A DNA stretch of 64,000 bases from Planctomycetota bacterium (GTDB taxonomy: Bacteria > Planctomycetota > UBA1135), in contig JBMYYH010000001.1 of assembly GCA_049609225.1 (NCBI GenBank), positions 84,373 through 148,372 on the forward strand, in the 5' to 3' direction. The translations under genes were made by a program, and so were the position numbers. Below are positions 56,137-64,000 of this stretch, one piece after another. The notes beneath the pieces are model-generated. The model was not told the DNA's origin, did not search any database, and worked only from the letters and a program-made list of their open reading frames with translations. Each line of letters opens with the position of its first letter. Position 1 is the stretch's first letter.

Positions 56137-57624
56137 TCAGGCAAGCAGTCCTGGAATGACATGGCCTTCGACGTCGGTCAGGCGCATATCGCGGCCCTGG
56201 GCACGATAGCCGAGACGTTCATGATCGAAACCGAGGCAATGCAGCATGGTCGCATGCAGATCATGCACTTCGACGGGATCCTTGACGATGTTGTAGGAGA
56301 AGTCATCCGTTTCGCCGTAGCTGATGCCAGGCTTCATGCCACCGCCGGCAGCCCAGACGCTGAAGCAACGTGGGTGATGATCCCGCCCGTAGTTTTCGGT
56401 GGTGAGCTGCCCTTGGCTATAGACAGTGCGGCCGAACTCCCCAGCGGAAAGGACCAAAGTGTCGTCGAGCAAACCGCGACGCTTGAGATCCTTGATCAAT
56501 GCGGCCTGGGGTTGATCGACAGCCTTGGACTGGGCGCGGATCTCGGTAGGAAGGTTGTTGTGAGCATCCCAACCACGCATATAGAGCTGGATGAAACGCA
56601 CACCGCGCTCGGCGAGACGTCGGGCCATCAGGCAGTTTGCCGCGAAGCTTCCGGGAGTGCGGACCTCGGGGCCGTACATCTCCAAAGTGGCTTCGTCCTC
56701 GTTGGAGAAGTCGGTCAGTTCGGGCACCGACATCTGCATGCGGTAGGCCATTTCGTATTGCGCGATACGCGCCTGCACTTCAGGATCGAAACTGCGCTCG
56801 TATTCACGTTCGTTCATCTCGCCCACCAAGTCGAGCATGCGTCGGCGATCCTCGCGCGACACGCCTTCAGGGTTCCGCAAGTACAGCACTGGGTCGCCGC
56901 CGGAGCGTAACTTGCAGCCTTGATGTTCACTCGGCAGGAATCCAGATCCCCAGAAACGCTCGGACAAGGCCTGCATGTTGCCGATGCCCTGCGAGATCAT
57001 CACCACGAAGGTCGGAAGATTCGCGTTGGCACTGCCGAGTCCGTAGGACATCCACGAACCGAAGCTCGGACGCCCCGGCTGTTGGTTACCTGTCTGAAAG
57101 AAGGTGATCGCCGGTTCGTGGTTGATGGCCTCGGTGTGCATCGATTTAATCATGCACAACTCCTTCGCCACGCTGCCGGTGTGCGGCAGGAGTTCCGACA
57201 ACCACAATCCATCTTGGTGATTGCGATAGCGCGAGAACTGGAAGATCGACGGCGCGATCGGGAAGCGCTGCTGCCCGCTGGTCATGCCAGTAAGACGCTG
57301 ACCATCGCGGATGGACTCCGGCAGGTCTTGATCGAAACGTGCACGCAAACCCGGCTTGTAGTCATAGAGGTCGAGCTGACTCGGCGCGCCTTCCATGTGC
57401 ATGTAGATCACGCGCTTGGCCTTCGGCTTGAAGTGCGGGCCCGTCGCACCCGAAGGCATCATCAGGCCAGAGGCAGAGGCTTGCAGTTCCCGCCCGAGCA
57501 GAGATTGCATGGCCAAAGCCCCAAAGCCTGCGCCCAAGGACTTCGCCGCCTTACCGAAGAATCGACGGCGCGTCATGAGCAGGTCATGTTCGCGCAGTGG
57601 GTCGCGGGAATCGTGCGGGGTCAT
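56137..57624 (-). CDS. DUF1501 (sulfatase-fold) protein with a TAT signal
   Basis: MTRRRFFGKAAKSLGAG...; the partner gene ends 4 nt upstream. The start is set at ATG 57624. Confidence 0.85.
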   Translation of the reverse strand: MTPHDSRDPLREHDLLMTRRRFFGKAAKSLGAGFGALAMQSLLGRELQASASGLMMPSGATGPHFKPKAKRVIYMHMEGAPSQLDLYDYKPGLRARFDQDLPESIRDGQRLTGMTSGQQRFPIAPSIFQFSRYRNHQDGLWLSELLPHTGSVAKELCMIKSMHTEAINHEPAITFFQTGNQQPGRPSFGSWMSYGLGSANANLPTFVVMISQGIGNMQALSERFWGSGFLPSEHQGCKLRSGGDPVLYLRNPEGVSREDRRRMLDLVGEMNEREYERSFDPEVQARIAQYEMAYRMQMSVPELTDFSNEDEATLEMYGPEVRTPGSFAANCLMARRLAERGVRFIQLYMRGWDAHNNLPTEIRAQSKAVDQPQAALIKDLKRRGLLDDTLVLSAGEFGRTVYSQGQLTTENYGRDHHPRCFSVWAAGGGMKPGISYGETDDFSYNIVKDPVEVHDLHATMLHCLGFDHERLGYRAQGRDMRLTDVEGHVIPGLLA

Positions 57625-57628
57625 GGAA

Positions 57629-60600
57629 TCAGCGCAGAGTGATGGTCTCGTCGAGGGCGAGCAAGGCGTTGGCGAGAAGAGTCCAAGCGGCGAGGGTTGC
57701 GGGATCGTATTCCTCGGGCAGCATGGCTTCCCCGGCTTCGAGAAGTTTGGCGGCGTCTTCTGGGGCTTCGCGGTAGCGTGCTTCGAAGCCGAGCAGTGCA
57801 TCGTAGAGAGAAGCCATCTCTTCCACCTCTGGGGTGCGGCCGGTGCAACGGAGGAACATGGAAGCTATACGCAGTGGATTGGGATCGACTTCATCCGACA
57901 CACCCTCCACGCGAGGAAGAGGTTCCGCCAAAGTCCGCTGCGCCAACACGCGCGCCGCTTCCACATATTGCTCATCATTCCACAACACCAAGGCCTGCAA
58001 GGGTGTGTTGGTGATGCTTCGACTCGTCACGCAGAACTCGCGCGTCGGTGCGTCGAAGGACAACAGCGACGGCGGCGGCACCGCCCGTTTCCAGTAGGTG
58101 TACAGACTTCGTCGCCAAAGTGCATCACCTTGATCACGTTCGAAGTCGCGGGTGTTGGAAGCAAGCATCGAAACTTCCTTCCACAACCCCTCCGGCTGAT
58201 AAGGCTTCACCGAAGGTCCGCCGAACTCCTCTACCAATAAGCCAGCCACGTACAAGGCCTGATCGCGAATCTCCTCTGCGCCGAGGCGTCGGCGTGGGTA
58301 GTAGGAAAGCAGGCGGTTATTGGGGTCGACGGCTGCTGCTTCAGGATTGCGTCGAGAGGATTGGCGATAGGTTTCGCTGGTGACGATCGAGCGAACCAAG
58401 GCACGCATATCCCAACCACTCTCGCGAAACTCCACAGCCAGCCAATCCAGCAGCTCGGGGTGACTCGGCCATGCACCCTGCAAGCCGAAGTCGGCAGGCG
58501 TGGAAACCAAACCGGTGCCGAACATGGTTTCCCAGATGCGGTTCACGGTCACGCGGGCAAGCAGCGGATTCTCCGGCGCCGTCAGCCAAAGCGCGAGGCC
58601 GAGACGATTGTTGGGTGCGTCTTTCGGAAGTTTGCCGAGGGCTGCAGGCACGCCACGGGATACCGGGCGTTCACGATCGGGAAGGTCATAGGCACCGCGC
58701 ATCAAGACGAAGGTCTCGCGTGGTTGCTCCAACTCCTTCATCACCATGGTGCGCGGAATCGCAGCCATGAGAGTATCGAGTTGATTCTGCAGATCGGATT
58801 GCTTGGCGAGCTTTTCACGATAAGCCGGCGAATGACGCGTGCGCCAATCTTCCGAGACCCGCGCGGCTAGATCGGAGGCACCACCATCACGCACATGCGT
58901 AGGTGCAAGACTCCAAACCAAAGTATCCCGAAGTTCCGTTTCAGGCGGACGTGCTTCGCAATACATGCCACCGGTGCCACCCGTGTTCACGATCTTCAAG
59001 ACCAGTGTGTGGAGCCCAGGCGTGAGGTCGAGCGTGATGCGATCCTGGTCCCGCGCAGCACCACGATCCACGCGATTCTCAAAGGCCTGCACGCCGTCAA
59101 GGAAGATCTGCACGCCGTCATCCGAACCGATCGAGAAATCCAACTTGCGCGCCTGCGGTACGAAGAGGCGTCGGCCGACGAAACTGACTTTCTGCCCCTG
59201 CGGCAAGACATTGTTCACCGTTCCTTCCAGAACCTGCGGCACCAGCACCCAGCTGTAGGAGCTCGGCTCATACTTCTTGGCGAAGTCGATGGTCGGATCG
59301 GCCTCGGGTCCGAACACATGGTCATATCCCTTCTCGCCTTTGGGCGGATCATAGGGCCAGGTGCCATACCAACGAGAATCCGCAACCGGCAGGGCGGCAA
59401 GCCCTTCGTCACGAATACTTCCGGCCGTCAAGCGCACGCGGCCAAGACTGTGTTGTGGAAACTCCGAACGATAGAACAGGGTCACGCGCAACTCGGTACC
59501 CCCTGCATAACCGAACTCTTGATCGGTCAAAAGCAACGCATGACGTGCGCCGTTTTCGTTGTGCGCATCCATCGCCCAACCACGTTCGGCCGATCCATCG
59601 AGAATGTTGACGACGTCATAGTCCCCATTCGGCTGCTCCCAGTCGGCCCATGCCCATTGGAAGGACAGTGCTTGGCGCTTGCTTGGATCCGTCATGGAGA
59701 TCGCCTCGGCCTCCATATAGGAAAGCACCGCATTGCCGTTGCCTGCGCGTCCAACACGGTTCTCGAAATGCGAGGCATCCTGCAAAGCTTCCAGCAGGAG
59801 CAAGCGTTGACCCGTTCCCTCCAGATGCAAGGTGATGGTGTGGTCTTCCTGCGCCGGCACCTCCCCTGTCGCGAGCACGGAACCATCTTCCAGTAACTGC
59901 ATCGGATAACCCTCCGAGTGCTCCGCAGCCTGCACTTGTGTTGGGGACCACTGCACCCCGTACTGCGATTGCGCCTGGTCGAGGAATGCCGCGAAGGCAG
60001 CAGCGTCTTCCGCGGAGGGCTTGGCCATGGTGGTACGCAACTGTTCCAGCGAGGATTCCAGTTGCTGCTGCTCCACCGCCTGCTCGGCCGACGGCACCGA
60101 TAAGAAAGGTTCGTACGCGCGGCGCGGATCCGGCAACTGCGAGTACAGCCCCGGCTCTTCATTGGAGTTGAAGTAGGAGAAGATGGAGTAGTACTCCTCC
60201 TGACTGATGGGGTCGAACTTGTGGTCGTGGCAGCGCGAACAATGCACTGTCAGCCCCATGAATACAGCGCCCGTCGTGGCAGTGCGGTCCGCCGCGTATT
60301 CGACGAGGTATTCCTCGTTGATCGCACCGCCCTCATCCGTCACGACATGGTTGCGATGAAAACCACTCGCCACCTTCTGATCGAGCGTGGCATCCGGAAT
60401 CAAATCACCGGCCAACTGCTCCACCACGAACTGATCGAAAGGCATGTTGTCGCGCAGTGCACGCAGGACCCAATCCCGCCATGCCCACATCTGACGCCCT
60501 GCGTCCGTGTGAATCCCGATCGTATCCGCATAACGAGCCGCGTCGAGCCAAGGCGTGGCCATCCGCTCCGCATAACGACTGACATAGGGTTCTTCCCGCA

Positions 60601-61285
60601 GCAACTTATCCACCCACTGCTCATAAGCATCCGGGTGTGAGTCATCGAGGAAATGGTTCAGCTCCTCTGGCGTCGGCGGCAATCCAGTCAGATCCAAGAA
60701 CACCCGACGCAACAACACCTCTTTCGCTGCCCGCTCCGACGGCGTCAATCCCGCTCCTTCCATACCCGCAAGCAGGAACGCATCCAACTCATTGCGTACC
60801 CACTCCGCATTCATGACCTGCGGAGTCTCCGGACGCACCGGAGTCTCAAACGCCCAATGCGGCTCATATTCCGCACCCTGCTCAATCCACTTCCCGATCA
60901 GTTCCTTCTGCGACGCCGTCAGCACCTTCATCGTGCTGTCATGCGGCGGCATCGCATCATCGCGCATGTCGGTGGTCAGGCGATACCAAAGTTCACTGTT
61001 CTCGAGGTCACCCGGAACGATCGCAGCGTAACCACCAAGATCGGCGGTAGCTCCTTCGAAGGTATCCAGCCGCAGATTCGCTTCGCGCGTGCTGATGTCC
61101 GGCCCGTGACAAAGGAAACAAGATTCCGAAAGAATGGGTCGGATATCACGACCGTAACGGACTTCGTCTTCCTGGGTTGCCGACCAAAGGGGCAACGCCA
61201 GAGTCAGGCCACCCAGCAGGGCAAGGTTGCGTGGCCGAAGAAGGGAGGAGGCAGGGTTCATGCAGGCCGCAAGAGGGTGCCCCAT
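57629..61285 (-). CDS. PSCyt/DUF1549/DUF1553 giant protein with a central PA14-like insertion
   Basis: CFLCHGPD, LLRRVFLDLTGLPPTPEE, CSRCHDHKFDPISQEEYY and NRIWETMFGTGLV...PSHPELLDWLA. An alternative start lies at 61261. Confidence 0.85.
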   Translation of the reverse strand: MGHPLAACMNPASSLLRPRNLALLGGLTLALPLWSATQEDEVRYGRDIRPILSESCFLCHGPDISTREANLRLDTFEGATADLGGYAAIVPGDLENSELWYRLTTDMRDDAMPPHDSTMKVLTASQKELIGKWIEQGAEYEPHWAFETPVRPETPQVMNAEWVRNELDAFLLAGMEGAGLTPSERAAKEVLLRRVFLDLTGLPPTPEELNHFLDDSHPDAYEQWVDKLLREEPYVSRYAERMATPWLDAARYADTIGIHTDAGRQMWAWRDWVLRALRDNMPFDQFVVEQLAGDLIPDATLDQKVASGFHRNHVVTDEGGAINEEYLVEYAADRTATTGAVFMGLTVHCSRCHDHKFDPISQEEYYSIFSYFNSNEEPGLYSQLPDPRRAYEPFLSVPSAEQAVEQQQLESSLEQLRTTMAKPSAEDAAAFAAFLDQAQSQYGVQWSPTQVQAAEHSEGYPMQLLEDGSVLATGEVPAQEDHTITLHLEGTGQRLLLLEALQDASHFENRVGRAGNGNAVLSYMEAEAISMTDPSKRQALSFQWAWADWEQPNGDYDVVNILDGSAERGWAMDAHNENGARHALLLTDQEFGYAGGTELRVTLFYRSEFPQHSLGRVRLTAGSIRDEGLAALPVADSRWYGTWPYDPPKGEKGYDHVFGPEADPTIDFAKKYEPSSYSWVLVPQVLEGTVNNVLPQGQKVSFVGRRLFVPQARKLDFSIGSDDGVQIFLDGVQAFENRVDRGAARDQDRITLDLTPGLHTLVLKIVNTGGTGGMYCEARPPETELRDTLVWSLAPTHVRDGGASDLAARVSEDWRTRHSPAYREKLAKQSDLQNQLDTLMAAIPRTMVMKELEQPRETFVLMRGAYDLPDRERPVSRGVPAALGKLPKDAPNNRLGLALWLTAPENPLLARVTVNRIWETMFGTGLVSTPADFGLQGAWPSHPELLDWLAVEFRESGWDMRALVRSIVTSETYRQSSRRNPEAAAVDPNNRLLSYYPRRRLGAEEIRDQALYVAGLLVEEFGGPSVKPYQPEGLWKEVSMLASNTRDFERDQGDALWRRSLYTYWKRAVPPPSLLSFDAPTREFCVTSRSITNTPLQALVLWNDEQYVEAARVLAQRTLAEPLPRVEGVSDEVDPNPLRIASMFLRCTGRTPEVEEMASLYDALLGFEARYREAPEDAAKLLEAGEAMLPEEYDPATLAAWTLLANALLALDETITLR

Positions 61286-61349
61286 CCTACTCTGAACCGG
61301 CGCGGGCGAACCCTACCTTGGGCTCCATTCGACGCGTGCAAATGGGGGT

Positions 61350-61592
61350 TCACTCAACACCACACTCGCAGCCCATCCATAGCTGCCCGCCACAGCGAGG
61401 GCACCGCTCTACATCACAGCCAACCGCGTGGTACATGCCCAAAGTCGTTGGGCAATCAGGGCATGGCCCTCGAGTTTCCCCCCAATCTTCTGCTTCCTCG
61501 CCAAAACGGATGCGGTGCACTTCCTCAGCCCCCACGGTAGCCGTCTCAATGGACTGAGAGGCTTCGAGTCGACGTTGATGCGCTTTATCCAA
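61350..61592 (-). CDS. Possible small Cys-rich (zinc-ribbon-like) protein
   Basis: CPDCP...[12 protein letters not shown]...GCECG. I see no supporting context, so it may be non-coding. Confidence 0.25.
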   Translation of the reverse strand: MDKAHQRRLEASQSIETATVGAEEVHRIRFGEEAEDWGETRGPCPDCPTTLGMYHAVGCDVERCPRCGGQLWMGCECGVE

Positions 61593-61657
61593 TTCAATCG
61601 AAACTGTGATGAAGGCTGCTCCTGGGAACGCCCCTGAATCATCCTCAAGAAGCTAAG

Positions 61658-61896
61658 ATGAAGAAACACTCGCCCCCTTCCTCGGTTGGTCCTTCGTCAT
61701 CAACTGCGGCATCCTATGCCTGACCACCTTCCTCATCGTCGTGATGAAGCGGCCGGTCATGAAGGCACACGCCAACCTCTTCGCCATGGATGACGACGCC
61801 CTCAACCAGGCGTACTTCCGTTATCTCGCGCAGTACAAGGCCTTGGTTCTAACCTTGAACCTGGCGCCGTACCTGGCGTTGAAGTTGATGGCGTAG
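61658..61896 (+). pseudogene. Small two-TM membrane protein gene disrupted by a 1-nt frameshift in a C5 run (or a sequencing error)
   Basis: ATG 61658 gives MKKHSPP... and stops after 21 codons. The next frame reads FLGWSFVINCGILCLTTFLIVVMKRPVMKAHANLFAMDDDALNQAYFRYLAQYKALVLTLNLAPYLALKLMA to TAG 61896. One extra C in 61673-61677 would join the two. Confidence 0.4.
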
Positions 61897-61905
61897 ATCC
61901 GAAGC

Positions 61906-63588
61906 CTACGGAATATCCACACCACGATCCTGGCGCACTTCTTCCGCTTCTTCGTAGCCCGAATCCACGTGTCGCACCACTCCCATGCCGGGGTCGTTTG
62001 TTAACACAGCTTCGAGACGCTCATCCATTTCCGCGGTGCCATCGCAGACGCAAACCTGACCGGAGTGTTGCGAGTACCCGATACCTACACCACCACCGTG
62101 GTGCATGCTGACCCAGCTCGCGCCGGACGCAACCGCGACCATGCCATTCAACAACGGCCAATCCGCAACGGCATCGGTGCCATCTTTCATCGCTTCGGTT
62201 TCGCGGTTGGGGCTCGCCACCGAACCGCAATCCAAGTGATCGCGACCAAGCACGATCGGAGCACTCAGCTCACCATCACGGACCATCCGGTTGAACTCCA
62301 GGCCGGCGATATGACGTTCGCCATAACCCAACCAGCAGATGCGACTCGGCAGCCCCTGGAAGGCCACTTGCTCCCCCGCCATCTTGATCCAACGCACCAG
62401 ACTCTTCTTATGCGGGAACAAACGTAGGATCGCTTCATCCGTCTTGCGGATGTCTTCCGGGTCGCCACTCAAAGCAGCCCAGCGGAAGGGGCCCATGCCC
62501 TCGCAGAACAGCGGACGAATGTACGCCGGCACGAAACCTGGGAAATCGAAGGCATTCTCGACGCCCGCCTCTTCCTGCGCGAAGGCACGTAGGTTGTTGC
62601 CGTAGTCGAAGGTTTCGGAGCCGCGCTTCTGCAGCTCGAGCATCAGGTTCACATGACGCCCCATCGTGGCGAAACTGTGCTTCTGATATTCCTCGGGATC
62701 ACTTTCGCGCAGGGCGTCGGCGGCGGCGAGAGTCATTCCATCGGGAACATAGCCACCCAATGGGTCGTGCGCGGAAGTCTGGTCGGTGAGCACTTCTGGA
62801 GTGATGTCGCGTTCGATCAGACGTGCGAGCAGCTCGGTGGCATTGCAAGCCACCCCGATCGAAACCGCTTCTCCAACGGCCTTGGCTTCGAGTGCCCGAT
62901 CGATGGCGGCATCGACTCCATCCACCACTTCATCGACGAAATGCGTACGACGACGGAACTCGATGCGCGCCGGATCGACATCCGCGATCAAACAAGTGCC
63001 TTCGTTCATGGTGACCGCCAATGGCTGCGCACCACCCATGCCGCCGCAACCTGCCGTCACCGACAAGGTGTGCTTCAAGGTACCGCCAAAGCGCTTGTTC
63101 GCGGCAGCTGCGAAGGTCTCATAGGTGCCCTGCAGGATGCCTTGGGTGCCGATGTAGATCCACGAACCCGCCGTCATCTGGCCGTACATCATCAGGCCCT
63201 TCTTCTCGAGCTCGCGGAAGTGCTCCCAGTTGGCCCACTTGCCGACGAGATTGGAGTTGGCGATCAAGACCTTGGCCGCATGCTTGTGCGTCTTAAAAAC
63301 GGCGACGGGCTTACCCGACTGCACCAACATGGTTTCATCCACTTCAAGGCGCTGCAGCGTGTCGACGATCTTCTGCGCCGACTCCCAGTCACGCGCGGCC
63401 TTGCCGGTACCCCCGTAAACCACCAGATCCTCGGGGCGCTCCGCCACATCGGCGTGCAAGTTGTTGAGGAACATGCGCAGGGCGCCTTCCGCTTGCCAAT
63501 CCTTACAGTTCAGCTCGGTACCGGTAATGCTCGGCTGCGCGCCGGGCTTGAGGACGATGCGGGCAGGGGATGTCGTGGTCTGGGCCAT
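61906..63588 (-). CDS. hutU: Urocanate hydratase
   Basis: 560 aa. Contains [37 protein letters not shown] and [14 protein letters not shown]. Confidence 0.95.
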   Translation of the reverse strand: MAQTTTSPARIVLKPGAQPSITGTELNCKDWQAEGALRMFLNNLHADVAERPEDLVVYGGTGKAARDWESAQKIVDTLQRLEVDETMLVQSGKPVAVFKTHKHAAKVLIANSNLVGKWANWEHFRELEKKGLMMYGQMTAGSWIYIGTQGILQGTYETFAAAANKRFGGTLKHTLSVTAGCGGMGGAQPLAVTMNEGTCLIADVDPARIEFRRRTHFVDEVVDGVDAAIDRALEAKAVGEAVSIGVACNATELLARLIERDITPEVLTDQTSAHDPLGGYVPDGMTLAAADALRESDPEEYQKHSFATMGRHVNLMLELQKRGSETFDYGNNLRAFAQEEAGVENAFDFPGFVPAYIRPLFCEGMGPFRWAALSGDPEDIRKTDEAILRLFPHKKSLVRWIKMAGEQVAFQGLPSRICWLGYGERHIAGLEFNRMVRDGELSAPIVLGRDHLDCGSVASPNRETEAMKDGTDAVADWPLLNGMVAVASGASWVSMHHGGGVGIGYSQHSGQVCVCDGTAEMDERLEAVLTNDPGMGVVRHVDSGYEEAEEVRQDRGVDIP

Positions 63589-63610
63589 GGGGGCAGATTG
63601 TAACTACCCC

Positions 63611-63652
63611 CTAAAAGCAGGCGAGCAGGTCCTGGAGTAGAACCTGCTCGCC
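63611..63652 (-). terminator. Rho-independent terminator between the coiled-coil gene and hutU
   Basis: On the minus strand, GGCGAGCAGGT-(11 nt)-ACCTGCTCGCC forms a perfect 11-bp stem (63652-63642 / 63630-63620), followed by UGCUUUUA. Confidence 0.65.
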
Positions 63653-63675
63653 GTGATGGAGTATGAGGGTGCGGT

Positions 63676-64000
63676 TCAGACCTCTTCGGTCTGCACCAGC
63701 TCCAATGCCGAGACCTGCTTCTCTTCCAAACGTAGTTCGGCGAGTTCGGCTTCGAGCTCTTGCTTCTCGGCAAACAGCTTGTCGGCCTTACGAGACTCTT
63801 CCCCGTTCTTCTCGACTTCGCTTTCATAGGAGCGTTCGAGGCGGGTGATCTTTTCATCCAACATGTCGTACTGTGCGACCAGATATTCGATCCGCTTGAC
63901 GGCACTCTTCGCACTGCCTTCATAATCCTTGGCCATCACCTTGAACATCGCCTTCTGCACCTGCAAGGGCGTCGCGTCGCCCTCTAGCGGTATCACGTTC
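63676..64000 (-). CDS. Coiled-coil protein, probably truncated at the window edge
   Basis: The open frame runs to the window end. The C-terminal half is heptad-like and acidic (EKITRLERSYESEVEKNGEESRKADKLFAEKQELEAELAELRLEEK). No family is assigned. Confidence 0.4.
   Translation of the reverse strand, partial: NVIPLEGDATPLQVQKAMFKVMAKDYEGSAKSAVKRIEYLVAQYDMLDEKITRLERSYESEVEKNGEESRKADKLFAEKQELEAELAELRLEEKQVSALELVQTEEV

Noticed and set aside
58895-63603. Plus-strand ORFs 58895-59896, 60653-61540 and 62653-63603
   Set aside because: They are antisense to the DUF1553 gene and hutU. Both of those real frames carry strong family signatures.
1-64000. Looked for rRNA, tRNA, CRISPR arrays, IS elements, integrases and prophage genes
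   Set aside because: I found none. Intergenic regions are short except 41020-41575. They contain no cloverleaf-like or repeat-spacer structure, and no ORF shows transposase, integrase or phage motifs. This was by-eye inspection only.

Overview
This is a bacterial chromosomal window. On my hand counts of individual 60-nt lines, GC is about 60-70% in most places, with two clearly lower-GC patches. The gene content looks like the PVC superphylum (Verrucomicrobia/Planctomycetes-like): a DUF1501 + PSCyt/DUF1549/DUF1553 pair, DUF1080 domains and many lipoproteins. All product calls come from motifs I recognise in the translated ORFs; I ran no database search.

Layout:
- 0-3.2 kb: a divergent gene pair. 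One side is a 2-Cys peroxiredoxin. The other is ltrA followed by a thioredoxin-fold-like gene. The peroxiredoxin and the thioredoxin-fold gene each carry one in-frame TGA at or next to a redox Cys, followed by a SECIS-like hairpin, so both are candidate selenoproteins.
- 3.2-13.6 kb: norR divergent from a sigma-54 promoter and a tightly packed ten-gene denitrification operon, norC-norB-norQ-norD-nirK-nirV-sco-norE-norF. Both NorC and NirK have fused cytochrome c domains.
- 13.6-24.3 kb: housekeeping and transport genes (PNP, DUF4097, ZIP, a permease, NupC, a TAT-exported TIM-barrel isomerase, 2xDUF1080, a TPR protein, recQ, an SDR).
- 24.4-35.5 kb: a surface-polysaccharide-type locus with no glycosyltransferase.
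- 35.5-43.5 kb: djlA, an ECF-type sigma factor with two YciI genes, an HD protein, a nagB-like gene, and an AraC/GyrI/VOC cassette.
- 43.5-49.1 kb: a lower-GC block. It holds an overlapping-gene operon encoding a secreted acidic protein, an Lgt-family transferase, a Tes/GDGT-MAS-like radical SAM enzyme and three tandem paralogous small membrane proteins. I consider this the best candidate for an undescribed system.
- 49.2-64 kb: DUF4212 + a Na/solute symporter, an M43 protease, a MarR-protoglobin-Trx-like trio, a PSCyt1-LRR-YHS protein, DUF1501/DUF1553, a frameshifted small ORF, hutU and a partial coiled-coil gene.

I found no rRNA, tRNA, CRISPR array, transposase or integrase. Many long ORFs in the track are antisense shadows of real genes, as expected in GC-rich DNA.
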